A stretch of DNA of 57,479 bases from Verrucomicrobiota bacterium. GTDB lineage: Bacteria; Verrucomicrobiota; Kiritimatiellia; JAAZAB01. A model generated the notes under the pieces. That model had not been told where the DNA came from, did not search any database, and was given only the letters and a program-made list of their open reading frames with translations. This document shows, piece by piece, positions 56,196-57,479 of this stretch. Made by a program: the position numbers and the translations under genes. The DNA lies in assembly GCA_043814705.1 (NCBI GenBank), contig JBDRJR010000038.1:1-57479 (forward strand), read 5' to 3'. How positions within the stretch are numbered: the first letter of the stretch is position 1; each line of letters opens with the position of its first letter.

Positions 56196-56681
56196 CTAAT
56201 CTAACGTTTGCCCGCTCGTTCGCTTAAACCGCCGACAGCGGATACCGGCGGTTTTGAGCAATTGCGCGGCCTGTGCGCTGAACCGGTAGGGCGATTCGAA
56301 CACCACTTCCTTGATCCCGGCGGTCACGATCATCTTGGCGCAAAGCAGGCAGGGACTGTCCGTGCAGTAGAGAGTGGCGCCTTGCAGGGCGATACCGTAG
56401 CGGGCCGCTTGGACGATAGCGTTTTCCTCGGCGTGCGCGCAAATGCATTCGCCCAGGCGTTCGCCGGAGGGCGCATTGCTGGCACAGCGGGGGCACCCGC
56501 CCTCGAAGCAGTTTTTGATGCCGCTGGGCGTGCCGTTATAGCCCGTGGAAATGATGCGCCGGTCCTTGACGATGAGGGCCGCCACGTCGCGCCGGAGGCA
56601 ATTGCTCCGGCGCTTGACCACGTGGGCAATGTCCATGAAATACGTGTCCCAATCGGGACGGGTTTTGAGCGGTGGTTTCAT
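56196..56681 (-). CDS. dCMP deaminase (ComEB-like)
   Basis: RPDWDTYFM, RSNC, TGYNG, HAEENA, SPCLLC. Confidence 0.93.
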   Translation of the reverse strand: MKPPLKTRPDWDTYFMDIAHVVKRRSNCLRRDVAALIVKDRRIISTGYNGTPSGIKNCFEGGCPRCASNAPSGERLGECICAHAEENAIVQAARYGIALQGATLYCTDSPCLLCAKMIVTAGIKEVVFESPYRFSAQAAQLLKTAGIRCRRFKRTSGQTLD

Positions 56682-56779
56682 GGGCGCAGGATAATCTGCG
56701 AGGCGTTCCTGATCAAGCCCATAATGCCGTACATGAGGCAAACGCCCGCCGGCCGGTGAACGCCTGGCAAGGGGGCGTT

Positions 56780-57187
56780 TTAATCGAATTTACCGGCGGC
56801 TTCCGGCTGGTAAATGATACTAATCACTTTCAGCCGCCGGGCGCCCGCCGGCACTTCCCATGAGATTGTATCGCCGACTTTGCATCCAATCATTGCCGTT
56901 CCGACGGGAGCCAGCACCGATATTTTGTTGGCGGCGGCATCGGCCTTGTCCGGAAACGTCAGTGTGTAAGTCATGTCTTCCTTTGTATCCAGATCTTGCA
57001 GGCGCGCCTGGGAATGCATCGTGATGACATTTTTGGGAATCTGGTCGGATGGCACAATCGTGGCGCGGGCCAGCTCATGTTCCAATGATTGGAGATAGGG
57101 CAGATCCTTGCCCGGGGCTTTTCCCCCTTGCGCCATCATATTTTGCAGATGGTTAAAATCATTTTCTGTAATGTATATATGTTGCAT
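56780..57187 (-). CDS. rnk: Nucleoside diphosphate kinase regulator (GreA/B-like)
   Basis: IYITEND, ELARA, VITMHS, ISVLAPVGTAMIG, IIYQPEA; RBS AAGGAG. Confidence 0.92.
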   Translation of the reverse strand: MQHIYITENDFNHLQNMMAQGGKAPGKDLPYLQSLEHELARATIVPSDQIPKNVITMHSQARLQDLDTKEDMTYTLTFPDKADAAANKISVLAPVGTAMIGCKVGDTISWEVPAGARRLKVISIIYQPEAAGKFD

Positions 57188-57339
57188 GAATTCATTCTCC
57201 TTGCTCATCCTGCCGTTCACTTGCAGGTGGAATATAGAGATCCAGCCGGCAGTGTAATGGCTCATCACCAGTTATAGCATTTTGCCCTTTAACAATTGAT
57301 ATTAATTATAGATCGCCGATGGCAGAGTGCAAGCGTTAA

Positions 57340-57479
57340 TGTCAAAGCTTATTAGAAATGTCCCCATTTTCGACTCATTAGAAATGTCCCCTTTTTGTTG
57401 TTGGTATCTTGTTGCGTTAGCTCGGGTTCCGCCCCCCGAGAATGGGCTTATATAGCTCGTCGGAGGGGGGCGGAATCCG
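57340..57479. mobile_element. Probable IS end (IS1202/IS481-like), element continues beyond the window
   Basis: TGT terminus at 57340, followed by two ATTAGAAATGTCCCC direct repeats (57351-57365, 57377-57391). Confidence 0.6.

Noticed and set aside
1-57479. CRISPR array, rRNA or tRNA
   Set aside because: No regularly spaced 25-45 bp direct repeats with unique spacers, no cas-like ORFs, and no cloverleaf or rRNA motifs recognised

Overview
GC-rich bacterial chromosomal window. It is probably from an anaerobic PVC-superphylum organism such as Kiritimatiellota or Lentisphaerota; this is an inference from the E-DUF2764-A-B-D-I-K V-ATPase order, trpR next to trpB2, rubredoxin/rubrerythrin and Thr-Asn-rich secreted proteins. 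Housekeeping genes include aminotransferase-dnaX-ybaB-recR, yggS-proC, an rfaE1-type heptose kinase, a pilT/U ATPase, glycerate kinase, lptF/G, trpR-trpB2, thyA-like, an MGMT protein, an NSS transporter with its small subunit, a probably Na+-coupled V-ATPase operon, dCMP deaminase and rnk. A ~15 kb cluster (4852-20196) appears to be LacI-controlled. It encodes DegT and Gfo enzymes, a nucleotidyltransferase-like protein, deacetylase-like proteins, amidohydrolases and beta-propellers, and looks like an uncharacterised amino-sugar or aminocyclitol pathway. The most notable unannotated signals are five. (1) A complete mini transcription unit encodes a 29-aa Cys/Lys peptide (34587-34676, minus strand). 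(2) Many intergenic cassettes are bracketed by inverted arrays of 7-9-mer repeats, and the same kind of repeat occurs in a four-helix-bundle gene and in a 3-copy MITE. (3) Small bulged-hairpin elements are inserted in frame into proteins, including V-ATPase subunit A. (4) A poly-C frameshift splits a Gfo gene. (5) An IS1202-like end lies at the right edge. No rRNA, tRNA or CRISPR array was recognised.
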